Notes under the pieces: generated by a model
Seen by the model: the letters and a program-made list of their open reading frames with translations, nothing else
The model's database searches: none
Told to the model about the DNA's origin: nothing
NCBI GenBank assembly: GCA_002256025.1
Contig: NKIB01000514.1
Coordinates: 1-32,216, forward strand
DNA: 32,216 bases
Origin: Asterionella formosa
Lineage: Eukaryota
Direction: 5' to 3'
Translations under genes and position numbers: made by a program
Part shown: positions 1 to 10,939 of the stretch, piece after piece
Numbering within the stretch: position 1 is the first letter of the stretch
Layout: each line of letters starts with the position of its first letter

Positions 1-179
1 TTAGGCAAAGAATCGCTACTGGCGTCATCGCGGAACTGATTTCGCTTCAAACCGGTCATGATGGACGACGATTGGCATGGTGAAAGGTGAATTGCCGGAG
101 TCCACTTTTCAGGAGACGAACAAAAACGAGGTGAATTCTATATAAAAATTATTAAAATCTGTATAGTACATAAAATAGT

Positions 180-611
180 TTCCTTAAGTAGACCCCTTGC
201 CGATTTCGGCAATCCCAGGGCTGGAAAACCGAGGGGCAATTGGTGTCTGTTGTCTTGCCAAAATGCGAACATATGAAATATACAAAATATATTTTAATGA
301 TGGGCAATATCGGACCTTTGGCAATTTTCGAGGTGAAGATAGGAATTATACAAAATATATTTTATATGATGGGCAATAGTAGGCTAAAATTGACATTTAT
401 GCTAAATTTGTGGGCAGTAAGTAAGCGAATGACGCGACGATAGCTAGAGCGGGAATTGCCTCAACAATACCCTTCTCGGCGGCTACTTGCCTTCTCGTAT
501 ACATGTGTACTCGGGCGCCACTTGTACGGTCAACCTACTCGCGCCACCCAGCCTCGAACACATGTATACTCGCAGGCAAGAGACCACCTCGGGCGTGTAT
601 TGCCTTCAGCA
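180..611 (+). mobile_element. Repeat family H, copy 1: subterminal direct repeats followed by a long imperfect hairpin (465-602)
   Basis: Collinear with 20026-20408: TTCCTTAAGTA, two copies of ACAAAATAT[A/G]TTTTA..TGATGGGCAAT (270-308, 347-377), then GGTCAACCTACTCGCGCC...CCTCGG.CGTGTATT.CCTTCAGCA. The repeat is seen directly; mobility is inferred. Confidence 0.65.
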
Positions 612-910
612 GAAAATGGTCCGGGAATCGTCTGTACGAGTTATGTATAAATACATAAAAGCAGTTTTATGTACCGGTAGTGGTGTAAACTGTCTTCACC
701 CGCATTTTCCAAACAAAGCAAGCAACCGGTACATTGGTAGAATGAGGGAATTGTTCCAGATAAGCAACCTGCTGGATGTATGGGTGACTTTTCGTTTCAT
801 CTGTGTCTGTAACGGTATATAGAATGTTAAGAATCATTACTTCATGACGTGTCACTCTATGTCTGTTTGTCTGCTATCTTCATGTAAATATTGTTACCAG
901 TAGACTTTAT

Positions 911-1030
911 AAAATTAAAATGTTGCTTAGGGTTGCCGAAAGTCCCTGGAACTAAGAATTTATATGAGCTATTTCCATTTGAAATATTAAAATTAGTGGG
1001 AATTTCCGTTTTTTTGAATTTGCTAAATGA
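911..1030 (+). mobile_element. Repeat family A end (DNA-transposon-like terminus)
   Basis: AAAATGTTGCTTAGGGTTGCCGAAAGTCCCTGGAAC matches the reverse complement of 10447-10500 and directly matches 14396-14445; shares downstream TTTTTTGAATTTG.TA with the 14.4-kb copy. Confidence 0.55.
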
Positions 1031-1959
1031 AAATTAAAACATTCTGCATTTCTCGATGTATACATACTGACGATTATGTGTCATACCGGTATATATGACC
1101 CAGCGGCTTGGCAAATAATTGAAAGTGCTCTCAAGAAGGAGTGGTGTGCATATGATGTTCAAAGATGATCATCTACTGGTACCTGTAGTGGATGGAGTAC
1201 TGGTGGCCTACCAGTACACCCAAGGAAATTTTACATGTGTATCCAATGTGTCTGGCATGGTGGGTTTGCAATTCCTCACAAAACAGGCCAATCAAATGGA
1301 GGTAAGTAATTCCCAATAGCCAATCAGTATGTCAATAATACTATGCACACTTATAATGGAATTTTTGGTACAGAAAATTTAATGACTAAATATTACATAA
1401 CAAGATTCCTATTTGGATGATGACTTTTTGGCACTAAGTGATTCCGATTCGGATAGTTTGGAGACAGTTGAAAAGGCTGATTTTGTCGAATTTTTGGACA
1501 ATGATAGCTCAACGTTGGCTGGGATTGAAGGCGACTTAGCTAAATACATACTGGTAGGTAACCTTCAAATAGCATCAGTACATAACTTCTGGCAAGAAAC
1601 TGCAGAAATGAGCTTCCATTTTTACTATGCCAAATAAAGTGATTTCCCCCGAAATTTCTGGTCTTTATAGCATAGTGAATTTCTCGCTGGATCCTATATC
1701 CTGACGATATAGAGAGTTGACCTATACCCCTACTTTTATTAATGACTGTATCTAAGCATATGGAAAGGGTGTGAATTGGTGAAAGCTCCGTTTAGTGATA
1801 CATGTTTACATTTTACTTGTAAGAAGTGTGTGTTTGACTACTCTGACTTAATATTTTTTAACCCTAGCTCTAATCTATGGTTGAAATACAGGAACTTTAA
1901 TAGTACTGCTGGTGGATAATGGGGGTCACTTCCTCATACTATGAGAGTATGTAAAATAA

Positions 1960-2466
1960 TTATAAATTGACGCTGGTGGGTAGTGCTTGTCTTCTTTGAA
2001 ATGATATGTGCATAATGTCAGCAAATGTATCTGACTGAAATTTTTGTTTGTGTCGTCGTGCGTTGGGGCGTTTGTCTTGGTGCTGTGATGTGTCTGTAGG
2101 CTTTCTCATGAGGGGAAAAAGTGTGGAAATACTCATGTAGTGATTATTGTCCACTTTTTGCAAACTCTCTAGATTGATCTAGAATGTACGCTGCTCTCTC
2201 TATGAATGTTTCGCTGTTGCAAATAAGTGGTGATCCCGAGTGCTTGTCTCACCTTGTAGTACATACACCTGGATTATCTTGGCATTGTATTCCGTATGCA
2301 AGATGGTACGATTATTCTCCTTGTGCAACCTATCGTTTCTTTCCCCCATGCTCACAGTACCAGAGACCATATTTGATTTATAGCTAGTTTGCACCTCTGC
2401 TTCTGGAGTAGGTGCAGGGTCTTCCTGTGAGCTTCTCACCGCGTTACCCCATTGTTTGGTCAGATA
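1960..2466 (-). mobile_element. Non-LTR retrotransposon remnant, 3' part
   Basis: Minus strand reads YLTKQW, then IWSLVL*AW and (after a frameshift) ERNDRLH, the W..RN..H-type motif that follows the C-terminal Zn finger in LINE ORF2 proteins. Joins in frame with 4712+ once 2467-4711 and one TA are removed. Confidence 0.65.
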
Positions 2467-2854
2467 CATCTAAGCCACATTTTACTTGAAGTGACCATCA
2501 CATAAATAAGTTTAGTTGATTTTGAATGGATCACATGAATTAGTTGAATATATCAAAATGCTAACTTGAATATATCTCTATCATATTATCTGAATACATC
2601 ACGTTAATTATTTGATCAGAGTATCATGCATGCATTCCTGATCATCACTATATGACGTGATCACCTTCACGTATTGAAATACTTCAATTAATTCTATAAT
2701 TTAGTTCACATTGCCTTATAATTTTGTTAACGTAATTCTATAATATAGTTCACGTAATGTATTAAATTTGTTTACGTAATTTAAAAGTACTATCAAATAA
2801 TGTTGATTACTAATTCAACTACCAGTATTTCACATTACATGGGAAACAAATCTC

Positions 2855-3234
2855 GATATGCAATCAAACAAAGCTGTTCTATCAGAATGGCATCTTCAGT
2901 CTTGAAAAGGCAGGCAATATGAGACATCTGTAAGGACATTGCAAGACGAGGAGAAGCCATTACGGCCACATTTGAGAAGCATCGCCAAAATTGGGAAACT
3001 TTTTTTCCTGACGAGCCGATGGAATTTGTCATACCTGTCATTCCAAATAAAGATCACCGACGTCGTGTATTCTCTGTTTATACATTGAAACACCAGGCGA
3101 GTGAAAACAAAATAGTTGATGCCAGTTCATCTTCTCCCAATACCATTCCAAGAAGTAAAGATCGTGTTGCATGTATGCCCGTGGTAGATCTTGTTTCTAC
3201 TTCCTCAGAGCGTCTAATTGAGTCTATGCATTGA
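2855..3234 (+). pseudogene. Decayed coding sequence inside element B, unknown protein
   Basis: DMQS.KLFYQNGIFS / RQAI*DICKDIARRGEAITATFEKHRQNWETFFPDEPMEFVIP with frameshifts; the homologous segment at ~16610-16725 (-) reads DMQSKLYFQNGIFSY*RQVLWDV. Confidence 0.45.
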
Positions 3235-4104
3235 ATCTGATAGACTTGATATAAAATCTCCCTCGTCTTCCAAAGCAAAAGCAAAAGCAAAATGTAAATT
3301 AAAGGCAACTCCAGACATGGTTGCCAATCCGGAAGAAGCAGTCCATGACTTGTCACCAAAGAATTCCGAAATTGTAGGAGTGATTGGGAAAGTAAATAAA
3401 GAACAGGTCAAGGAAGAAAGTGATTTGTCCCATTTATCCAGTAAGGAGTTGGAAATATTGAAACAGGACATGGCTGCCAGTCTGGATGTAGTTCATGGGT
3501 GCATTTGGTGGCATATTGTTGTCTTTCTGATGTACTCTAAAATCTCGAGGAAAGTGCTGAGTTTTCCATAAAATCATCGCTGGTCCTATATGATTCCGAA
3601 ATCTCCTTGAAGTTTCAAATGATGTTTTGTTAAACAAGCCAGACTCTAGGACCACATAGAATTTGTTGAGAACAAAATCCAGGACACTGTCATCTAGTCT
3701 CTTCTCCTTGCCTTTGTCATTATGATCAAAGTATCTAACCAGTAAGAGTCGTTCCTTACTCTTCTGTTGTCTCTTGAACAGACAAGAAAAACGCCATAGA
3801 AACACGTTTTTCCTGATTGAAAAATCTGCGATTGGTATCCCCTTCACAACCAAGATCTTTCCATTCCTTGTAGCACTTGGAACATTTGCCATTCCAGATA
3901 ACAAGTGATATATTGCACTATCGATAGCGTGCAAATGTCAAGTTGTCAAGAAAAATGTGCCTGTAACAGAACAAGGAAGCAGAAGAGATAATGGTCTGTC
4001 AACTAGCTATAGGAGGAGTAGACAGTGGGCAAGTGCTGGATTGGAAGTGATGCAGCACCGAGCGAGCGACATAGTACTCAGTAATAGACATTAGATTGGT
4101 AGCG

Positions 4105-4380
4105 CAAAGCTACAGGTTCATAGTACCAGCTTAGTAATAGGTACGTTTCACTGTAGCCATGTCATGTTCCGACTGGGTATTGAGACAAGGGGAAGAAGGG
4201 AATGCTGGTAGCAGGGCAAACCTACAGTTTCACAGTACCAGCGTAGTAATATATACAGTTTCACAGTAGCCACGTCATGTTCCGACTGGGTATTGAGAGA
4301 AGGGGAAGAAGGCTATGCTGGTAGGGCAAACCTACAGTTTCACAGTACCAGCGTATTAATAGGTACAGTTTAACAGTACC
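4105..4380. repeat. Minisatellite, ~110-bp unit, ~2.4 copies
   Basis: GTCATGTTCCGACTGGGTATTGAGA.AAGGGGAAGAAGG twice; TACAGTTTCACAGTA-like subunit recurs about six times. Confidence 0.9.
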
Positions 4381-4711
4381 GGGTATTCGAATTCCTGTTT
4401 AGTCTTGTATATTTTATCTAGTCATACATACTGGTAGGGTATTAAATTTTCCTTACTATTTCACAAAGGAAGATGCATGTCGTAAATGAATTAGCCTCAA
4501 GAGCAGGACTTAGTTGAACTTTGAAATGAATTATTTGAAACATAAACTAATTCAGTCTCGAGTTTTAAGTTTTTTGTGAAATCTTCACATGAAACCTTTA
4601 AAAGTAACCTTTTCTACGGGAAGAGTAGCATTTATTCATGTGAAGTACCACATAATTAACACTCCTATGTAGAACAAATATCGAAAAGGGGCGTATTTCG
4701 CGGCTTAGATG

Positions 4712-5720
4712 TACCCTCTCAGCGTTAGCTTAACTCCCAGAAGCTCTTGATGTCTGATTGCCTTCCAAAGAATCGATTTGGTCCTCTGCGTAATGCAGGG
4801 TGCGAAACATAGAGTAAATGGTTGACCCAAGTTTTTGAGTACATGAGACTGATAATCTATCGAAACTTGAAATGTTTTACCCCATTTTGTAGTTTCCTAT
4901 TGTACATCGCATCTTAGTAAGATGATTTGTTCTTCTGCTTTCTGTTTTCCCGGGTTGGCAGAGATGCAAATGTTCATTTGTCTCTGTCGTAGGGCCATGA
5001 GGGCATGATGGATCCTCACTACCATGAATCAACTTTCTGCGGTCACCGGTGGTGGGGAGCCAGCAATGGATTAATTTGGTTATAAAGTTGTGTTTGGCCC
5101 GAAAGTAGGCTTGGTACTGTATGCCTTTGATATGCTCCCTAATTGCTCGAGCTGTGAAACTGTGAATCCTTATTCCTTTCACTAAAAGACTTGCCTGTAT
5201 CCACGGAAAATGCACTGAATTGGCTTTGGGTCCCCCTTTAGATGTGGTCTGAAACTGTTGTAGGAATTCCGAGGCCAACAGGGAGACCCAGTTGTAGGTG
5301 TCTATGAAGTCTGTTTTCTGCCATTGAAGTCATTGTAATAATTCCCGCAATCCTATGTTTGACATCAGGTAATGTAGCCATGTGTTGCTTGTAAGTGTGG
5401 GGTGGTGCTACCCCTGTAGTGTCACTGCCGCTGTGTAATACCTGTCTAAACTTTATATGGCCCAATTTCTCTACATCACAAGGAACGCTGTTACTCGGAG
5501 GTGCCCTTGTTGATGCCCTTCCCTCTTCTACTAAATTGAATTTCAGTATAGTAGCAGGCCGAAGCGAGATATTCTGAAATATGTTCCACTGTTGCTGTTG
5601 TGTAACCGAAGAAATGTACTGCTAGAAAATATGGATACTGTAAATAGGGTTGCAGAAATGAGGTGGAAGTAGAATTATCATGTATTGTATACAAAAATTC
5701 AAAATTCATCCCACCAGTAG
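4712..5720 (-). mobile_element. Non-LTR retrotransposon remnant containing the C-terminal Zn-finger region
   Basis: ORF 4877-5278: KLIHCWLPT...CPHGPTTETNEHLHLC, a degenerate CX2CX-ET..H...C finger typical of LINE ORF2 ends; neighbouring frames are broken by stops and shifts; no RT motifs visible; 5' limit uncertain. Confidence 0.7.
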
Positions 5721-6761
5721 TTGGAAGGAACTCACAATGATTTCAAATCAAAAGAGCTATATAATGAGTAGCAATATTACTGTAAACAGGACTGAACAAA
5801 ACTCAAAACTTGAAAACTCACCTCATCAAGCAGGTCTGCTGATAGCCCACCTTCATATGAATATGTTATGAATGATGTGGGGGGGATTAAGTTTCAACTT
5901 TGGTGCCAACCTAGATTTGCTTAGACATCCCCAATCATACCCTAAGTAAGAGTATGCTCCATCGTCATACATGAGAGAAGTTAACAATTCAAGAAATTCT
6001 ACATTCATGTTTTATTTTTAGTGTCCCTATGCTTCTGCAGGGAACAATAACATATATGCAGTTTCTCCAGTTCGCTTAAAATCATGAGTATTCATAAAAC
6101 ACTGACAATATTTTCAGGCAATCATGAGCCTAAAACATTGGCCTTTCCAGCAATGATCACCAAAATATTGGAATCAGTACCAGCACCAATGAAAATGTCA
6201 TGAACAGAACAACCTGAGTTTTTGGCTCGACATATTGTGACTCAATGTATACCCTGATTGACAAAAATCCAGGGTTAGAAACCAGGGCAAAGTTGTACAA
6301 TGACTCATTGTATGCATTAATATATGTAACTCATCCTTGGACTATTTTTAACTCACAATAATTGCGTAGACTAGACTCCTTCACTTTTAAGCTTGTCCTA
6401 TCAGTTTTAACTATGCTTATTGACATGGATATTTTTCAGTTTTCCTAGGACATGCAGAATTGCTATTAGCAAGTCAATCAACACATAGAGTCGGTTGCTG
6501 TTCATCCTAACATTGTAGTTCCTGCTCAATGGTGAAGTGTGCCAATGTCCTTGCCTATTTCGAATCGATAATTTCTTCACGCATCCCATCTACACTCCAC
6601 TTCTTGTGTTTTCAACGGTACTATTCTCCATCCAATCATGGTTCACATTTTATGCCTTAAATATACGTTAGAGCATTCCCATCTCCTACATGTACCAGAA
6701 GCCATTTAGAATGTTCGCGATACTGACCATTGCACACATCTTAGTCACAGGGTTGCCCCTT

Positions 6762-7136
6762 TTAACTGGTTGATCGATTTCGAGATCGGCCGCGTCGTTT
6801 AGATGACGTCTTCCTCACAGGTGGTGACGACGAGCTGCTATCAGACGACACATACGTTCGGCTGCTCCGTTGACGGACCACAACTACCGATTCCACTTCG
6901 GTCCAGCCACTAATAATGGTATTGTCGTCTCCATCATAATCCACTTCAACGGTTGCCGATGATTTAGGACGAGGACGATTCTTCCATTGCAACACATCTC
7001 GTGCAATCTGAAACGACTCAAGTGCCGAATCGCGAAAGTCGGCAGCACAGGAAATGGCGGAAATCGTAAAATCGATGGGAGCCATTCTTATCGCATATCC
7101 TGCTCTCGTTCGTTGGCATTGCTTTGCCTGACTCAT
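6762..7136 (-). CDS. Possible small hypothetical protein (124 aa, Ser/Arg-rich C-terminus); may extend upstream
   Basis: ATG-started ORF in a locally CpG-rich island, with a TACCGGTA-rich tract upstream like those before the three real genes. No recognisable domain. Confidence 0.3.
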   Translation of the reverse strand: MSQAKQCQRTRAGYAIRMAPIDFTISAISCAADFRDSALESFQIARDVLQWKNRPRPKSSATVEVDYDGDDNTIISGWTEVESVVVVRQRSSRTYVSSDSSSSSPPVRKTSSKRRGRSRNRSTS

Positions 7137-8670
7137 TCCTTATTCTTGCTTTTATTGCTCGAAGTACCCAAACGTTACTTTGCATGTGGATGCACTGATC
7201 CTTTGATACCTGTTGAGCCTTCTTCCTTTTTGTGTGTTGAAACCCTGGTGTGTGCCAGATTTAGTGGAGCATGTACAACTGTCAATCCAGACTGGACATC
7301 GGGTTCGGCTTGTGCACGCCTATCTCGTCGCACTTGTAAAGGCGCAACATGCTTTTTTAGCGGGATGCTCGCGTGAAACCTGATTGCACAATTGTTTTCA
7401 GATAACGGCACCAGGTATTATGTAATTAAGAATCACATTATTAGAAAGATTTCTGGCGGGCCGGTGTGCAGAGTACCAGGTACCGTTACATGGTACTCCA
7501 GTACGTATTAGTGACCTTTTAATCACATACCGGCTATTCATGAAGGCTGCCTTGTGATCGATTTTGAACCTGTCAAGCGATTTACACAACTACCGATATC
7601 TGAACCTGTATATGTTGATGAGTTACCGGTTGTACTGGAATATCTGTTTGCAGCACATCTCTGCTTTCGCTCATGGTATTCCCCAACGAATCGACTACAA
7701 AATCACGATGCCCTATGTATGAAATAATTGGAAAGGTTTGAAATATCTATTGCCTCTCCCGCCTCGCCTGGTCGCCAGCCAGTGTAAGATAGGTAGAACT
7801 TTGATAATCTTCTTCTACTTATAAATATGTTTTTAATGAGGAGGGAGGAGGGTAGGTACTCCGTACCTGGTAGCAACGGCATACCGGTACCTACTTTCGG
7901 AATTGAAAAATGCTTAACGTTATCTATGTCGTAGTACATACAATGAAAACATTCGTGCACCTCGGTCTATCTCTGCTGTCAATGCCTTACCGTTAAGTAT
8001 GTCTTTTACCCTAGCAAATGCAAAGAATGTGGAGTGCAGGTGTTCGATCCACCTCGGCAAATCCGGAAAGCAATTGAATAATAGTCTACGGTATCTGTAC
8101 ACCGCAACATGGTAGTCTACCGTAATAGATGTGTAGAAAGTAAGTACCAGGTACCAGGTACTCGGAGTACGTAGAAGGCGGTATCAGGTCCTGGTACCGG
8201 TACCGGTACTCATCAGCAAGTTGAGGTACCAGGTACCGGTAATTTTGCTGAAGTGGACAACGTCAAGCAGGACAGGCGCTCAAAAAGACTACCGGTAAAT
8301 AGAGAACGTCATCAATTCTCTCTATGACTCCACAGTATCAAGACTTGGTGGTGACATAGGTATTATATGCTAATTAATTCATCTAAACGCGTAAACTTCA
8401 AAATGAGGCAAATGGCTGAAAATAGAAATGATAATGACCAGGGCAAAAGAGGGGCTCCATGAAGCAAAAGTACGCAAGTCTTGCTCAAAGTTCTTCTCCT
8501 TGTCCAGCCAATGTGATGAAAACAACAAATAATGAATGGTTCTATATCAATTGGGATTTGAATATTCACATGCTAGCATCATCAAATGTATCAACAAGTG
8601 GTACCCAACATCATAACAATTATACCAACCTGCCACATGCATGCTGATTTGACTCATGCTGCTCAGGGTA

Positions 8671-9120
8671 CCAGTTGAAAATGGCCTTGAGCCACTTAAC
8701 AATACAATATTCATAGCGTATTCATAGATTTCTTCTAATATTCAAGATATGACTATTTTTAGGATGACAAAGTTGTTTCTGATGTTGCACTGGATACAAC
8801 ATGATCTCTTGTTATCGATTAGATATTGTGCTTTAGATAATCAGATGATGAATCGATCGACCCAAAAGTGGCAAAAACAATATTATATCATTGAGCCGGC
8901 ATCTCCCAGAAATACACATATACATTTGTGTAGAAAACTCAATATCTAATATATATTTAGTTGCATTTAACCGCCACCCATCATGGACCATGTACAATAG
9001 CAATAAATGAATCAATAAGTCACTCTGCCTTAGTGCGTAAATGAATACAAATTTCTTGAAGGCCCAAAATATCGAGCCATATTTTTATGTCAGAGGCTGT
9101 AATTTACATCAAAAATTGCT
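8671..9120 (+). mobile_element. Repeat family C, copy 1 (~450 bp, non-coding)
   Basis: End-to-end collinear with 15361-15806 (e.g. ACAAAGTTGTT.CTGATGTTGCAC, GGCATCTCCC.GAAATACACATATACATTTGT, CAAATTTCTTGAAGGCC); both start GGTA|CCAGTT. Confidence 0.85.
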
Positions 9121-9121
9121 T

Positions 9122-10253
9122 CTGATTAAGCGTTGAATTGGGGAGAACACGATAAATGTATCCAGTCTCATCCATGTTGAAAATGTCGGCTGCGGTATGT
9201 ATATATCACACAAATTAGACACGAAAGCTTTCCATTCTTCCGCCTTATCAATGTCTACATTTCCAGTCTCTCCACAAAAAGCATAGGATTTGACATTGTT
9301 TTTTCTTCCATTTTTCAAGCCAGTCATTAGATGCCTTAAAATTATGATCTGCTTCGAATGCTTTGGCAATCGATAAATCTTTGCTTTGTTGTAGGATAGG
9401 CGGGTCCACTTCGCAAGCAGTACAAAACCATCTCCACAATACTGTGTCGATTTCTGTACCACTATTTAGGCGAGCCATTTTCATTGATTGCGTCGATTCT
9501 CCTTCCATCAGTAAGTCCTCCTTCTTTTTCTTTGCTTTTTGAACAGTTCCAATGCTCCTTATGGCAAGTTTAAAAGCAACTTCTCTAACACTATTCCCTT
9601 CACCAAGTAGCTTTATTGCTGCTAATTTTTGTATCAATGAAAACACTTTTACGCTTTAACTTCATTTCCGACATACTCTTCACAATAGTTCCTTCAGGTC
9701 CCAATGGCGATGATCTCTGACTTTTGGAGATTGAAATGATTGAAAGAATGGAAGCAAATGGACAAGAAACTATCAAGGTTCGTTTCAGTAAATGATAAAA
9801 CGAAAAATCATTATAAAAAGTGTCATTAACAACTAATGTCACAAGTGATAGTACCACTAGATAATCGCTATGCAAGATGATGCGGTACATGATATATACT
9901 ACTGACACTTCTATTACATACGTATGCATGTAATAGCACTGACGAGGATTGTCAGTCAACAGCAGTGGCTGATTTGAGATGATCAAAGCATGCAAAGCTA
10001 GGTAAAAACTACTGGCTCAAACAGATTGCAGACTGTGTGGCGCTCGTTTTTATCTTATACAGAGGTCAGAATAACCAACTTTTTAGAAAAATTGTATCCA
10101 AGTGTGTCTAACAGAGGGTGTATCTTATAGAGAGGGTCTCTTACAAGGATTTCCAAATTGGGGGCGCTTCATTGAGAAAAGTGTATCTTATATAGAGAGT
10201 GCATCCTACTGTATAGGGAGAGTTTATCTTACTATAGGGAGCAGGTTCCACTG
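9122..10253 (-). mobile_element. pogo/Tigger-type DNA transposon, 5' part with transposase pseudogene (~9125-9674)
   Basis: HTH-psq-like N-terminus, CENP-B-type HTH (FKASNDWLEKW), CGETGNVD and DIFNMDETG (first D of the DDD triad), broken by frameshifts and truncated. Terminus TA|CAGTGGAACC at 10244-10255 (-) with TATCTTATA.AGAG subterminal repeats. Confidence 0.9.
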
Positions 10254-10468
10254 TATTTCAAACGGAATCATTGTTATTGCTTTATAATTATTACATAAAT
10301 GTTCCCACTTCCAGGGAGCAGGTTCCACTGTATTTCAAACGGAATCATTATTATTGCTTTATAATTATTACATATACGTTCCCACTTCCAGGGAGGTTCC
10401 ACTGTATTTCAAACGGAATCATTGTTATTACTTTATAATTATTACATAAATGTTCCCACTTCCAGGGA
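10236..10468. repeat. Near-perfect tandem triplication, 74-77-bp unit
   Basis: AGGGA(GCA)GGTTCCACTGTATTTCAAACGGAATC...GTTCCCACTTCC three times, starting at 10236, 10313 and 10390. Confidence 0.95.
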
Positions 10469-10500
10469 ATTTCCGCAACCCTTGGCAATATTTTCATTTT
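10447..10500 (-). mobile_element. Repeat family A end, inverted relative to 911
   Basis: Reverse complement AAAATGAAAATATTGCCAAGGGTTGCGGAAATTCCCTGGAAGTGGGAACATTTA aligns with 911-962. Confidence 0.55.
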
Positions 10501-10939
10501 TGCCCATACGGTATATAGGGTTTCAAATGCAGCAACCTTTTAATGAGAAAAAAGTACCGGTATATTAATATAATATGGGGGTATTTTATACCGGTACATA
10601 CGACCGGTAGTATGATTAGTTTCTTCGTCCTCGTCCTCAACCACGCCATTTGGACACTACCTCTCGTCATCGTGTCGTTGCGCTGTCCAACATGAGAGCC
10701 ATCAGCATGGCAAAAGTCAGTACCCGGTAGCAAAAGTGCAAAAACTATTATACATATAGCTTAACGGTACCTGGTTCCAGGAACTCTCTCCAAGACATTG
10801 CTCCTTGCCTGCATCTGGTAAGCAAGCGATAATAAGAGTCACGTCAGTTTGCTCAGTAGAGTTTACCAGTAGTTCAGTTCACATTGCCGAGACTCCCAAA
10901 GGCTAGGTTCATTGGCTGCACAGTAATACGACAGGTACA

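Larger units (their letters stand above)
2467..4711. mobile_element. Element B: 2245-bp TIR DNA transposon relic with TA target-site duplication
   Basis: TIRs CATCTAAGCCAC (2467-2478) and GCGGCTTAGATG (4700-4711), 11/12 match, each flanked by TA; TTAGTTGAA-type subterminal repeats at both ends; the empty site restores the LINE frame; second copy at 15296-16940. Confidence 0.85.

Noticed and set aside
1..59. Gene start running off the left edge, as a listed CDS
   Set aside because: Only 19 codons visible; mentioned as a lead in the findings but not supportable as a feature.
3434..3934. 166-aa minus-strand ORF as a gene
   Set aside because: Non-ATG start, no recognisable motif, inside decayed element B; cannot be supported without a search.
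10236..10468. CRISPR-like regularly spaced repeats
   Set aside because: Whole units are duplicated with no unique spacers; no cas genes; eukaryotic context.
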